28,319 nucleotides of DNA, taken from NCBI GenBank assembly GCA_050012475.1, contig JBEKHC010000067.1, forward strand, positions 1 through 28,319. The letters run 5' to 3'. Positions 1 through 7,925 of this stretch are shown here, piece after piece. The first letter of the stretch is position 1, and every line of letters begins with the position of its first letter. Source of the DNA: Candidatus Velthaea sp. (lineage in GTDB: Bacteria > Vulcanimicrobiota > Vulcanimicrobiia > Vulcanimicrobiales > Vulcanimicrobiaceae). The translations under genes and the position numbers were made by a program. The notes beneath the pieces were generated by a model. That model worked only from the letters and a program-made list of their open reading frames with translations, was not told the DNA's origin and made no database searches.

Positions 1-1
1 C

Positions 2-295
2 ACCGGTTTCGACTACAGCACGATGACGATTTCCGAATCGGTCGTCGAGCAAGCGCAACAAGCGTGCGAGAACATCGCGGCTGTCCTCGAACGCGCCGGG
101 GCGTCGTTCGCCGGTGTCGTGCGCGTGCGCTACATCCTGCCCGACGTTGCCGACTTCGCGCCGTGTTGGCCCGTCCTGCGGCGGTATTTCGGCGCGGCCG
201 CACCGGCGGCAACGATGTTCGCGGCCGGACTTTCCGACCCGCGCATGAAGATCGAAATCGAGGTGACGGCGCGCGTCGACGAACGCGACCCGTAG
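2..295 (+). CDS. RidA/YjgF/YER057c/UK114 family protein (5'-truncated by window edge)
   Basis: Frame is open from base 2 (TGFDYSTMTISES...). Typical Rid motifs: EQAQQACENI, VVRVRYIL, PAATM..AGL.DPRMKIEIEVTA. Confidence 0.9.
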   Translation, partial: TGFDYSTMTISESVVEQAQQACENIAAVLERAGASFAGVVRVRYILPDVADFAPCWPVLRRYFGAAAPAATMFAAGLSDPRMKIEIEVTARVDERDP

Positions 296-301
296 TTTCG
301 G

Positions 302-1114
302 CTAGACGCCGGCCGGCGCGGGCACCGCGCGCGATTCGAGGATCGTCCGCAGGGCGGCAAGTTCGCCTTCAACCGTAGCGAGGCGCGCGGCGAACGCCGC
401 GTCGTTTTCTTCGGGCAGCGCGAAAAGGGTGAAGAGATAGGCGCTCGTGCCGGCATCGTTCGGAACGACGCGCGACAGCGCCCGCAGCACGTACGCGCCC
501 GCGGCGTTTGGGCTCAGAAAATCGACGATGCCGTGTTCCTCGTCGGTGTCGAGCAGAAAGCGCAGTTCCCCGCCGGGGCCGGTCGCGATCCAGTGGTCGC
601 CCTCCCGGCGCACGGATTGCGCGAACGGGCGCGCCCACGCGGGCAGGTTTTCCGGTCGCGAGACGTACGCGAACACCTCATGCGGCTCGACGCCGATGGC
701 GGTGCTGCGGGTGCGTGCTTTCAAGGTTGCCTCCGTGACCCGTGCGCTCGCATGCAGCAGGTCTGCGTTTTCATCGACGATCTGGTCGAGGGTTGCCAGC
801 GCGTGCCGCCACGCAACGTCGGCGCAGCGCTCGGTGCGCCGGCGCATCGCGCCACACAAGACAGCCGCGTTGCAAACGAACGTTGCCCAGACGGGCTCAT
901 CGGGCAACCCGCGCTGTCCGTCGAGGGCGCAAAGATAGGCCTCGAGCGTCGCGCGGGCGAGTGTGTGCAGCCGGCCGTCTCGCCGTGCGCACAGCGACGC
1001 TCCGAGCGTGCGCTCGAGCGAGCGATAGGCTTGCGCGCAATCAGGATCGAGAAACGGCTGCGTCTTCGGCGAGCTCATCGTCCCGAAAACAGATCGGCTG
1101 ACCATTTGCGCCAT
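302..1114 (-). CDS. Protein with C-terminal SRPBCC/polyketide-cyclase-like domain and an unassigned N-terminal helical region
   Basis: C-terminal ~135 aa (TRSTAIGVEPHEVFAYVSRPENLPAWA...GIVDF...RVVPND...YLFTLF...VEGELAALRTILE) fits SRPBCC-type proteins. Start is uncertain: ATG at 1114, 1105 or 1078. Confidence 0.7.
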   Translation of the reverse strand: MAQMVSRSVFGTMSSPKTQPFLDPDCAQAYRSLERTLGASLCARRDGRLHTLARATLEAYLCALDGQRGLPDEPVWATFVCNAAVLCGAMRRRTERCADVAWRHALATLDQIVDENADLLHASARVTEATLKARTRSTAIGVEPHEVFAYVSRPENLPAWARPFAQSVRREGDHWIATGPGGELRFLLDTDEEHGIVDFLSPNAAGAYVLRALSRVVPNDAGTSAYLFTLFALPEENDAAFAARLATVEGELAALRTILESRAVPAPAGV

Positions 1115-1294
1115 GGTACGTCAAACCACACCGCCAAGCCAAGCGCCAATTCCGGTGCTTCGCACGGGACCGATCTGCGCGTGCGAATGCTGCCCACACC
1201 AACGCGGTGACGAAACCGATGCGGGCGGACAACCGTACGGCGTTCGGCCGAGCCTCCGAGCGTGCGCCGGGTCGATGGTCGCGACGTTCGCCGG

Positions 1295-1879
1295 CTACCG
1301 GCGTTCGAACCCCAGCGCGTTTACGTCGGCCGCCCGTGGCGCCACTTCCCGCTCGCGCGCAAGGATCTGCGCGGCGCGGAGCAGTGCCAGACCCGTGATC
1401 GCATCTTGGAGCTCGCCGCTCAACGCGGCATCCACGGCTTCCTCGAACGGCAGGCGCACGGTTTCGATTGTTTCCACGTCTTCGTGCTCGGTCGCGACGC
1501 GCGTCAGGTCACGCGCCAAGAAGAGCGATACTTCGTGATCGACCAGCGACGGCAACTCATACGCGATGCCCAACGCATCCCAGCGCGCGGCTTCGACGCC
1601 GATCTCTTCACGGGTCTCGCGGCGCGCAGCCTCCAGCGGCGTCTCGCCGGGTTCGGCTCCGCCTTTGACCACTTCGAGCACGACGCGATCGACCGCAAAG
1701 CGCGCTTGCCGCGTCAGCCAAACAGCGCCGCCGTCGTAAACGACGACGGCGCTGGCCGGAGGAGTGACGACGACGCCGTGTTCGCCCGGCGCGCCATTGG
1801 GATGGATGATATCGTGGGCTTCAAAGCTGATCCACGGGTTGGCGTACACGGTGCGCTTGGCGCGGCGCTGAAACTGCAT
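1295..1879 (-). CDS. Nudix hydrolase (ADP-ribose pyrophosphatase-like)
   Basis: Complete Nudix box GGAEPGETPLEAARRETREEIGV. GGGGA RBS upstream of the ATG. Confidence 0.9.
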   Translation of the reverse strand: MQFQRRAKRTVYANPWISFEAHDIIHPNGAPGEHGVVVTPPASAVVVYDGGAVWLTRQARFAVDRVVLEVVKGGAEPGETPLEAARRETREEIGVEAARWDALGIAYELPSLVDHEVSLFLARDLTRVATEHEDVETIETVRLPFEEAVDAALSGELQDAITGLALLRAAQILAREREVAPRAADVNALGFERR

Positions 1880-1927
1880 TCCCCGTGCATGCCCCAGCGC
1901 CGCCGCGCAATCCTCGCCGCGAAGGCG

Positions 1928-2962
1928 CTACGCGCTCACCGCGGCAGCCGCTTCGCATTCCGCCGTATAACCGCCCCGCGAGGCCAGCGAATTCATGCGC
2001 GCCCGATGCACCAGCAACGCTTGCGCTGCCGGGATCTCGGCTGCATTTCCACGCCACCGCTCGAGCGCCGGCTGCTGCAGCGCGCGGCCGTACGAGAACG
2101 TGACCGGCCACGGCTTTCGAAAGGTCACGTCGCGGTTCATTGCATCGAGGTGCGCGCTCGCGGACTCGTTGCTCTGACCACCGGACAAAAAGGCGATGCC
2201 CGCAACGGCCGGCGGCACGGTTTCGGTGAGCACGCGCAGCGTATGCCGCGCGACCTCGGCGATGCTCGACGCCGCCGGTGCGCTTGCGCCCGCGATGACC
2301 ATGCTCGGCTTGAGCACGACCGCCTCGAGCGCAACGTCTTGTTCGGCAAGTTCGGTGAACACGCGGCTGAGCACGCCGATCGTCGCGTTCGCCGACTGCT
2401 CGATCGAATGACTTCCATCCATCAACAATTCGGGCTCGACGATCGGAACCAAGCCGCCGGCCTGACAAATCGCCGCGTAACGCGCGAGCGCATGGGCGTT
2501 GGCGGCGATCGCTTTCGCCGAGGGCAACGCGCGTCCGATCGTAAACACCGCACGCCACTTCGCAAAACGAGCTCCCATGCGAACGTACTCGTCGATCCGG
2601 CGGCGCAGCCCGTCGATTCCTTCGGTAATTTTCTCGCCGTCGGTTCCGGAGAGCGTCACGGTGCCGGTATCGACTTTAATTCCGGGCAAGATTCCGTAAG
2701 CGTTCATGACTTCGACGAACGGCTGTCCCTTGGCGTCGCTCTGCCGGATGGTTTCATCGTACAAAATCGCGCCGCTGATATATTGCAGCAGACCGGGCGC
2801 GGTCAGCAGCAGCTCGCGGTACGAGCGGCGCATCTGCTCGGTTGGCGGAATGCCGAGTTTCTCGAAGCGCGCGTTGCAGGTGCCGTTGCTTTCGTCGATC
2901 GCCAAGATGCCCTTGCCTTCGGCGACCATCGCGCGCGCGGTTTCTTTGAGAAAATCGATCAT
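1928..2962 (-). CDS. fba: Fructose-bisphosphate aldolase, class I (Schiff-base, eukaryote-like family)
   Basis: Motifs GKGILAIDES, FAKWRAV, VPIVEPE, LKPSMV (Schiff-base Lys), FLSGGQ, TFSYGRALQ. ATG at 2962 overlaps the glpX stop (ATGA). Confidence 0.95.
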   Translation of the reverse strand: MIDFLKETARAMVAEGKGILAIDESNGTCNARFEKLGIPPTEQMRRSYRELLLTAPGLLQYISGAILYDETIRQSDAKGQPFVEVMNAYGILPGIKVDTGTVTLSGTDGEKITEGIDGLRRRIDEYVRMGARFAKWRAVFTIGRALPSAKAIAANAHALARYAAICQAGGLVPIVEPELLMDGSHSIEQSANATIGVLSRVFTELAEQDVALEAVVLKPSMVIAGASAPAASSIAEVARHTLRVLTETVPPAVAGIAFLSGGQSNESASAHLDAMNRDVTFRKPWPVTFSYGRALQQPALERWRGNAAEIPAAQALLVHRARMNSLASRGGYTAECEAAAAVSA

Positions 2963-3981
2963 GTTTGGACCTCGGACGCCTGTCCTTCGAGCGACGCCAG
3001 CGTTGACAGGCGCGGCGTGAACATGTAGGTGGCATCGGAGGTTCGCACCGTGCCCGTGTAGGTCGAGATGACGATCGACTGCGTGTACGCAGCGCCGTGG
3101 TCGAATCGCACCCCCGCCAGCAACTCGCCGTCGGTGACGCCCGTTGCGGCCAGCAGCGCGTCGTCGGCGGCGCACAAGTCGTCCAGCAGCAGGGTTTTGG
3201 CCGGATCGATGCCTTCGTGGACGGCGTAGGTGGCCTCTTCGGCGTTGCGCAGCCAAAGCCGGCCCTGCATGTCGCCGCCGAGTGCTTTGACCGCACACGC
3301 CGTCACCACGCCTTCGGGCGCTCCGCCGATGCCGGCCATCATATCGATGCGGCTGCGGTCCGTTAGCACGGCAATGATCGCCGTGGCAACGTCGCCGTCG
3401 TTGAACAACCGGATGCGCGCGCCGGTTTCGCGCACTTCGCGAACCAGATGCTCGTTGCGCGGCCGATCGAGCAGGGCGACGGTGATCTCGCTGATCGGGC
3501 GGCGCATCTCGGCGGCCAGCGCGCGAACGTTTTCCCGCAGCGGGCGATCGATCGAGATTTTGCCGCGGCCCGCCGGCCCGACCACGATCTTGTCCATGTA
3601 CGCGATGCGGGTGTGGAACAGCGTGCCGCGCCGCGCGGCAGCTACGACAGAAATCGCACCTGCGCCGCCGCGCGATGCGAGAGTCGTTCCGTCGATGGGG
3701 TCGACGGCGATGTCGACCGACGGGCCGTCACCGGTGCCCAGCGTCTCGCCGATGTACAGCATCGGCGCTTCATCCTTTTCGCCCTCGCCGATAACGACCA
3801 CGCCGTCGACGTCGACGGTGCCGAGCACGTTACGCATCGCGTCGACCGCGGCTTGATCGACCCCATTTTTGTCGCCGCGCCCAACCATGCGCGCGGAGGC
3901 GATGGCGGCGGCTTCCGTCGCCCGGACGAACTCGAACTCGATGCGCGAATCCGATTTGACTTTCTTCAAACGCTCGATCAT
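2959..3981 (-). CDS. glpX: Class II fructose-1,6-/sedoheptulose-1,7-bisphosphatase (GlpX family)
   Basis: Motifs RATEAAAI, GRGDKN..DQAAVDAMR, IGEGEKDEAPMLYIGE, VDPIDGT, GIGGAPEGV, ATGVTDG. ATGA overlap with prk. Confidence 0.96.
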   Translation of the reverse strand: MIERLKKVKSDSRIEFEFVRATEAAAIASARMVGRGDKNGVDQAAVDAMRNVLGTVDVDGVVVIGEGEKDEAPMLYIGETLGTGDGPSVDIAVDPIDGTTLASRGGAGAISVVAAARRGTLFHTRIAYMDKIVVGPAGRGKISIDRPLRENVRALAAEMRRPISEITVALLDRPRNEHLVREVRETGARIRLFNDGDVATAIIAVLTDRSRIDMMAGIGGAPEGVVTACAVKALGGDMQGRLWLRNAEEATYAVHEGIDPAKTLLLDDLCAADDALLAATGVTDGELLAGVRFDHGAAYTQSIVISTYTGTVRTSDATYMFTPRLSTLASLEGQASEVQT

Positions 3982-4916
3982 GCGACGGCTCCTTCTGCTT
4001 CGAGTAATGCGTTTTCGATCAAGACCACGCGGCGCGCAATCAGTAATTGCGCGAGCGCGAGCGAGTGACTCACTTGAACTCCTTTGGCTCCGGTAAATTC
4101 GCCCAGCCGTTCGGGGCGCAGATGAATATGAGAATCCATGTGCGCCCAGATCTTATCCTGCACGGCATCGGCAACGTCGCCGGCTATTTGTCCGTCGAGT
4201 TCGATGATCGTCTCGGGATGACCGTGCTCGCCGGTCGTGTCGAGCTGGCGCAAATAGGTGGAGGTGCTGGCAAATTCACGATAGTCCAGCGCGACAAAGC
4301 GGCCGCCTTTGCGAATTTGGGCGGTAAGATGCGCGTCGTCGGGATGCGTCGACCAGGTGGCGGGGCGGCTGAAGCGGACCGTCAGATCCGCATGTTTGGC
4401 TTGAGGTGTGATGTGCGCACGAATATCCGGCTGCCGCTTTTCGATCTCGGCGCGGACTTGTTCGGGGCTGTAGCCGCGCTGGGTCACGTCGCGCTGAATC
4501 TTCCATGCTACCTTGAGTTCGGTTTCGGGATCCAGCCAAACGGTTACGTCGAAGAGATTGCGCAGCGCTCGGGTATAGAGCGGAAACAGGCCCTGGACGA
4601 CGATGATCTCCTTGGGCGCGATCGTTTCGGGCCCTTTGATGCGGCCGTCGGCGTGATCGTACACGGGCTTGCGGATCGGCTGACCGTCGCGCAGCGTCCA
4701 CATGTCTTCTTCCATGGCGGCGAAATTGTTGGCGCGCGGGTCGAGCGCGGTAAAGCCGACCGCTTTACGCTGCTCGCGGTCCAGCGAGTGGTAATCGTCG
4801 AGACAGATCGTTTCGATCCGCTCGGCACCGAAGATTTTGTCCAGTCCACGGCACAGCGTTGTTTTGCCGGTTCCGGAGTCGCCTCCCACGGCGATCATGA
4901 TAGGCCGACGGGCCAT
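3978..4916 (-). CDS. prk: Phosphoribulokinase (class II, cyanobacterial/plant-like sequence type)
   Basis: Walker A GDSGTGKT, ICLDDYHSLDREQRK..G.TALDPRANNF, KPVYDH, WKIQRD..RG. GGGGAGG RBS before the ATG at 4916. CBB gene context. Confidence 0.92.
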   Translation of the reverse strand: MARRPIMIAVGGDSGTGKTTLCRGLDKIFGAERIETICLDDYHSLDREQRKAVGFTALDPRANNFAAMEEDMWTLRDGQPIRKPVYDHADGRIKGPETIAPKEIIVVQGLFPLYTRALRNLFDVTVWLDPETELKVAWKIQRDVTQRGYSPEQVRAEIEKRQPDIRAHITPQAKHADLTVRFSRPATWSTHPDDAHLTAQIRKGGRFVALDYREFASTSTYLRQLDTTGEHGHPETIIELDGQIAGDVADAVQDKIWAHMDSHIHLRPERLGEFTGAKGVQVSHSLALAQLLIARRVVLIENALLEAEGAVA

Positions 4917-4945
4917 ACTGCCTCCCCACAAGAGTACGTAAGAGC

Positions 4946-4974
4946 ACGCTACTGCCGCAGCGTGCTGCCGTCAC
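4946..4974 (-). promoter_or_regulatory. Putative sigma70-type promoter of the prk-glpX-fba operon
   Basis: Minus strand GTGACG (4974-4969), 17 nt spacer, TAGCGT (4951-4946), about 30 nt upstream of the prk start. Confidence 0.5.
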
Positions 4975-4984
4975 GATCGGACAC

Positions 4985-5015
4985 GTAAAACGCCGGTTTT
5001 GCCTCGCGAAATGCA
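4985..5015 (-). promoter_or_regulatory. Putative LytTR response-regulator binding site (imperfect direct repeat)
   Basis: Minus strand TGCATTTCGC-N11-GGCGTTTTAC, ending 10 nt upstream of the predicted -35. Each half matches the E. coli YpdB motif GGCATTTCAT at 7/10, with the same 11-nt spacer. Confidence 0.55.
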
Positions 5016-5236
5016 GCAGTGCGGGCCCGCAGCCGCGCCCGCCGGCCTGTTTCGTACAGCCGGACGTCGATCGAGCCGTACCTCATCGCTGAAGCGACCC
5101 AATGAAGCGAGCGCCGAACTCGGCCAAACGTTAAGTTGACGGACGTGCGCGCCGATATCTGTAGTAACATGGGACGTATTCGCCCGGTGAGGATCGCGCG
5201 ACTCCCGATCGGCATGGCCGCCGAGCGGCTTTGCCT

Positions 5237-7189
5237 GTGAACGGGGCGCAACGCTGGCTCCTCGTTCGCTGGGCGGCGATTTGTCTCGTGCTCGCGGCAC
5301 CTTTCGCCATCGGAGCCGGCGCACGGATTGGGGGCAGGAACGCCGCGATCGCGACCATCGCGGCCGAGCGCAGCGGATTGGACTGCGCCTTGAGCGCCGG
5401 CGACGTGCTGGCTGCCGTCGAGCGCTACCGGTTGAACGCGCTTACCTTACCGAACGGCTCGAGCGAGTCGCTCCGCGCCGACACCGATGCCGTTCGAAGG
5501 GCGCTGCGCGAGCTTCGCGCTCCGAGCTGCGCGCCGCTCGTGAAGGGGCCGCGCACCAATCTCGCCGCCCTCGAAGCCGGCGAGCGCGCGATGACCACAC
5601 GCGGTGACGCCGAAACGCGGGCGCAGGCATCACTGCCGCTTGCCAACGCGATCTTGGCGCTGCTGTCCGACATCGGCGACGGATCGGGGCTCAATTACGA
5701 TCCCACCGTCGAATCAGTGAATTTACAGGATGCCCTGTTGGCCCGGATCCTCGTGGGGACCGAGCGTCTGCAGCAGGGCGCGCAGATGCTCGAACTCGCC
5801 GGACGCCGTCAGGAGCTTCCCCTGCCTGAAGTCGTCGAGGTCGAGAAACTTTCCGGCGAGGCGCACGCGAACAACGTCATGGCGAACGACGATTTCGACG
5901 GAGCGCTCTTCGTGCTGCCGGCGCTGAGCTCGACGTTGAACCCCGCCCGCGTGGAAGCCGACCGCACCGAAGCCGCGCTGGCCGCCGCGATCGACCGCAC
6001 GGTGGCGGGAACCGACGGCGCGCACGAAGCCGATTTGAGCGCGCTGCGCCGCGCATCCATTGCCGGCGGTCAGCATCTCATGCAGACCTCGGCACGCGTT
6101 CTCGAAACGGCGTTCGAAGCTCGCGTCGCGGCGCTGCACCAAGGTCAACGAATCGTTGCCGGCGCCGGCGCGGCGCTCATCGCCGGCGTCTGGGGACTGG
6201 CAGCATGGTTCTGGCAAGCCTTGCGCCGCAAGCACCGGGCCGAACTCGAGCGGATGCGCGAACGGGCGAAAATTCTCGAAACCGAACTCGCGCGCGGCAA
6301 CGCCGAACGCGCACTGCGGATGACCGAACAGCAGTTCCGTGCCGTCTTCGACGGCTCGGATGTGGGCATCGCGATCGTCGACTGCGGCGACCGCATCGAT
6401 GCCAACGCCGCTTTGCGCTCGATGTTCGAGGGCGACCTGGAACTCGTCACCGCGAAATGCGCCGAAATGTTCCGCGAAGTCATCGGCGAGCGGCGCGATT
6501 CGCTGCGCGCCGAGCACTGCTTCGAGAAGTCCAACGGCGAGCAACTCTGGGCCGAGCTGAGCCTTTTGGCCGTGCGCGGCGGAACCGAGGATGTCGTTTC
6601 GGCGGTCGTGCTCGTCCACGACGTCACCGAACACAAGATGCTCAACGCACGGCTCGATCACGAGACCTTGCATGACGCGCTGACCGGATTGCCCAACCGC
6701 GTGAAGTTCATTCGCCGCCTGAGTTCCCTGATGGGCAAAGCGGAAGGCTTCGCCGTCGTGTTCGTCGACCTCGACGGCTTCAAGGCGGTAAACGACACGC
6801 TCGGGCACCACGCCGGCGACGGCGTCCTGCGCATGGCCGCCTATCGTTTATCGTCCGCGGTCCGGCCGGTCGATCTCGTCGCCCGTCTGCACGGTGACGA
6901 ATTTGCCGTGATCATCCGCGACATCTCATTCGACCACGACAGCGAAGAGATCGAAGACATCGTCGGCCGCTTGCGTGACGCGCTCGCCTTCTCGATCGAC
7001 ACGCCGACGGCGCCGTTGCGGATCTCGGCAAGCATCGGTTACGTTCGCGACGCGGCATCCTATCGCGACGCCGAACAGCTGTTGCGCGACGCCGACAGCG
7101 CAATGTACCACTCCAAGCTCACCGGCCGCGATCGCGCGACCGCCTACGAGCCGGCAATGGCCCCGAAAATCGCCAGCCTGCGGCCTTAG
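5237..7189 (+). CDS. Membrane-anchored sensor/PAS/GGDEF-domain protein (diguanylate cyclase-like, variant HGDEF motif)
   Basis: N-terminal hydrophobic segment, extracytoplasmic helical region (SGLNYDP...NLQDAL), second TM (IVAGAGAALIAGVWGLAAWFW), coiled coil and PAS-like segment (FRAVFD...DVTEHK). GGDEF domain: HDALTGLPNR, DLDGFKAVNDTLGHHAGD, RPVD, RLHGDEF, ADSAMY. Start TTG 5231 or GTG 5237. Confidence 0.9.
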   Translation: MNGAQRWLLVRWAAICLVLAAPFAIGAGARIGGRNAAIATIAAERSGLDCALSAGDVLAAVERYRLNALTLPNGSSESLRADTDAVRRALRELRAPSCAPLVKGPRTNLAALEAGERAMTTRGDAETRAQASLPLANAILALLSDIGDGSGLNYDPTVESVNLQDALLARILVGTERLQQGAQMLELAGRRQELPLPEVVEVEKLSGEAHANNVMANDDFDGALFVLPALSSTLNPARVEADRTEAALAAAIDRTVAGTDGAHEADLSALRRASIAGGQHLMQTSARVLETAFEARVAALHQGQRIVAGAGAALIAGVWGLAAWFWQALRRKHRAELERMRERAKILETELARGNAERALRMTEQQFRAVFDGSDVGIAIVDCGDRIDANAALRSMFEGDLELVTAKCAEMFREVIGERRDSLRAEHCFEKSNGEQLWAELSLLAVRGGTEDVVSAVVLVHDVTEHKMLNARLDHETLHDALTGLPNRVKFIRRLSSLMGKAEGFAVVFVDLDGFKAVNDTLGHHAGDGVLRMAAYRLSSAVRPVDLVARLHGDEFAVIIRDISFDHDSEEIEDIVGRLRDALAFSIDTPTAPLRISASIGYVRDAASYRDAEQLLRDADSAMYHSKLTGRDRATAYEPAMAPKIASLRP

Positions 7190-7199
7190 GGACGAATCC

Positions 7200-7925
7200 T
7201 CAGAGGCCGAACGCTTTGCGCACGGCGGGCATGAAGCCGCGGCTGACGGGCGCTTCGCTCCGGCGCCGGTCGTCGAGCCGCAGCACGTACGTGCCGCCGA
7301 AGAACGGCTCGATTTCGATGACGTGCTCGGGATTGACCAAATAGCTGCGATGCACGCGCAGGAAGCCCAGCGGCTCGAGCCGCGCCGCGCATTCGGCGAG
7401 CGAGCCCCGGTAGCGCAATTCCCGGTCGGTGAGCGTTGCCAGCACGACGTGGCCGTTCGCATGCACCATGAAAATCTCGTTGATGCGCACGAGCATCCGG
7501 CGGTCATCGTCCTCGAGCGGGAGCCGGACGGCGCTGGGCGCGGCCGCTTTCACCGGTGAGGCCGGACTATGCGCGCCGCGCAGCCGGGCGATCGTGACGG
7601 CGAGCCGTTCTTCGTTGACCGGCTTGACGACGTAGTCGAGGGCACCCAACTCGAACGCCCGCAGCGCGTGCTCGTCGAACGCGGTGACGAAGACGACTTG
7701 CGGGCGATGCGGTAAGCTGTTGATCACCGTCATCGCCTCGATCCCGTTCATCCCGGGTAAACCGATGTCCAGGAACACCACGTCGAACGGATCGGCGGCC
7801 AGCGTCGCCAGCGCCGTGGCCGCCGTCGCCGCTTCGACGATGGTGAAATCCTCGGCGACGCGCCCGAGCGCGTAGACGAGTTCGCTGCGAACCAGCGGTT
7901 CGTCGTCGACGACGAGCGCCTTCAC
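7200..7925 (-). CDS. LytTR-family DNA-binding response regulator (LytT/YpdB/AlgR-like)
   Basis: REC domain (ALVVDDEP, VFLDIGLPGMNG, FVTAFDEHALRAFE.GALDYVVKP) plus LytTR domain (FLRVHRSYLVN, PVSR). GTG start overlaps the kinase stop (GTGA). Confidence 0.95.
   Translation of the reverse strand: MKALVVDDEPLVRSELVYALGRVAEDFTIVEAATAATALATLAADPFDVVFLDIGLPGMNGIEAMTVINSLPHRPQVVFVTAFDEHALRAFELGALDYVVKPVNEERLAVTIARLRGAHSPASPVKAAAPSAVRLPLEDDDRRMLVRINEIFMVHANGHVVLATLTDRELRYRGSLAECAARLEPLGFLRVHRSYLVNPEHVIEIEPFFGGTYVLRLDDRRRSEAPVSRGFMPAVRKAFGL

Noticed and set aside
1262..3028. 588-aa + strand ORF, and similar long ORFs at 4047-4988, 5723-6811, 8102-9049, 14489-15628, 15665-16930, 19906-21099 and 27305-28075
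   Set aside because: Antisense shadows of well-supported genes, expected in high-GC DNA. They show no recognisable motifs.
2963..3298. N-terminal extension of the aldolase (456-aa ORF)
   Set aside because: It overlaps glpX out of frame. The real start at 2962 is supported by the ATGA coupling.
3978..4916. Uridine kinase instead of PRK
   Set aside because: The LDDYHSLDR..RK and TALDPRANNF motifs, the length and the CBB context favour phosphoribulokinase.
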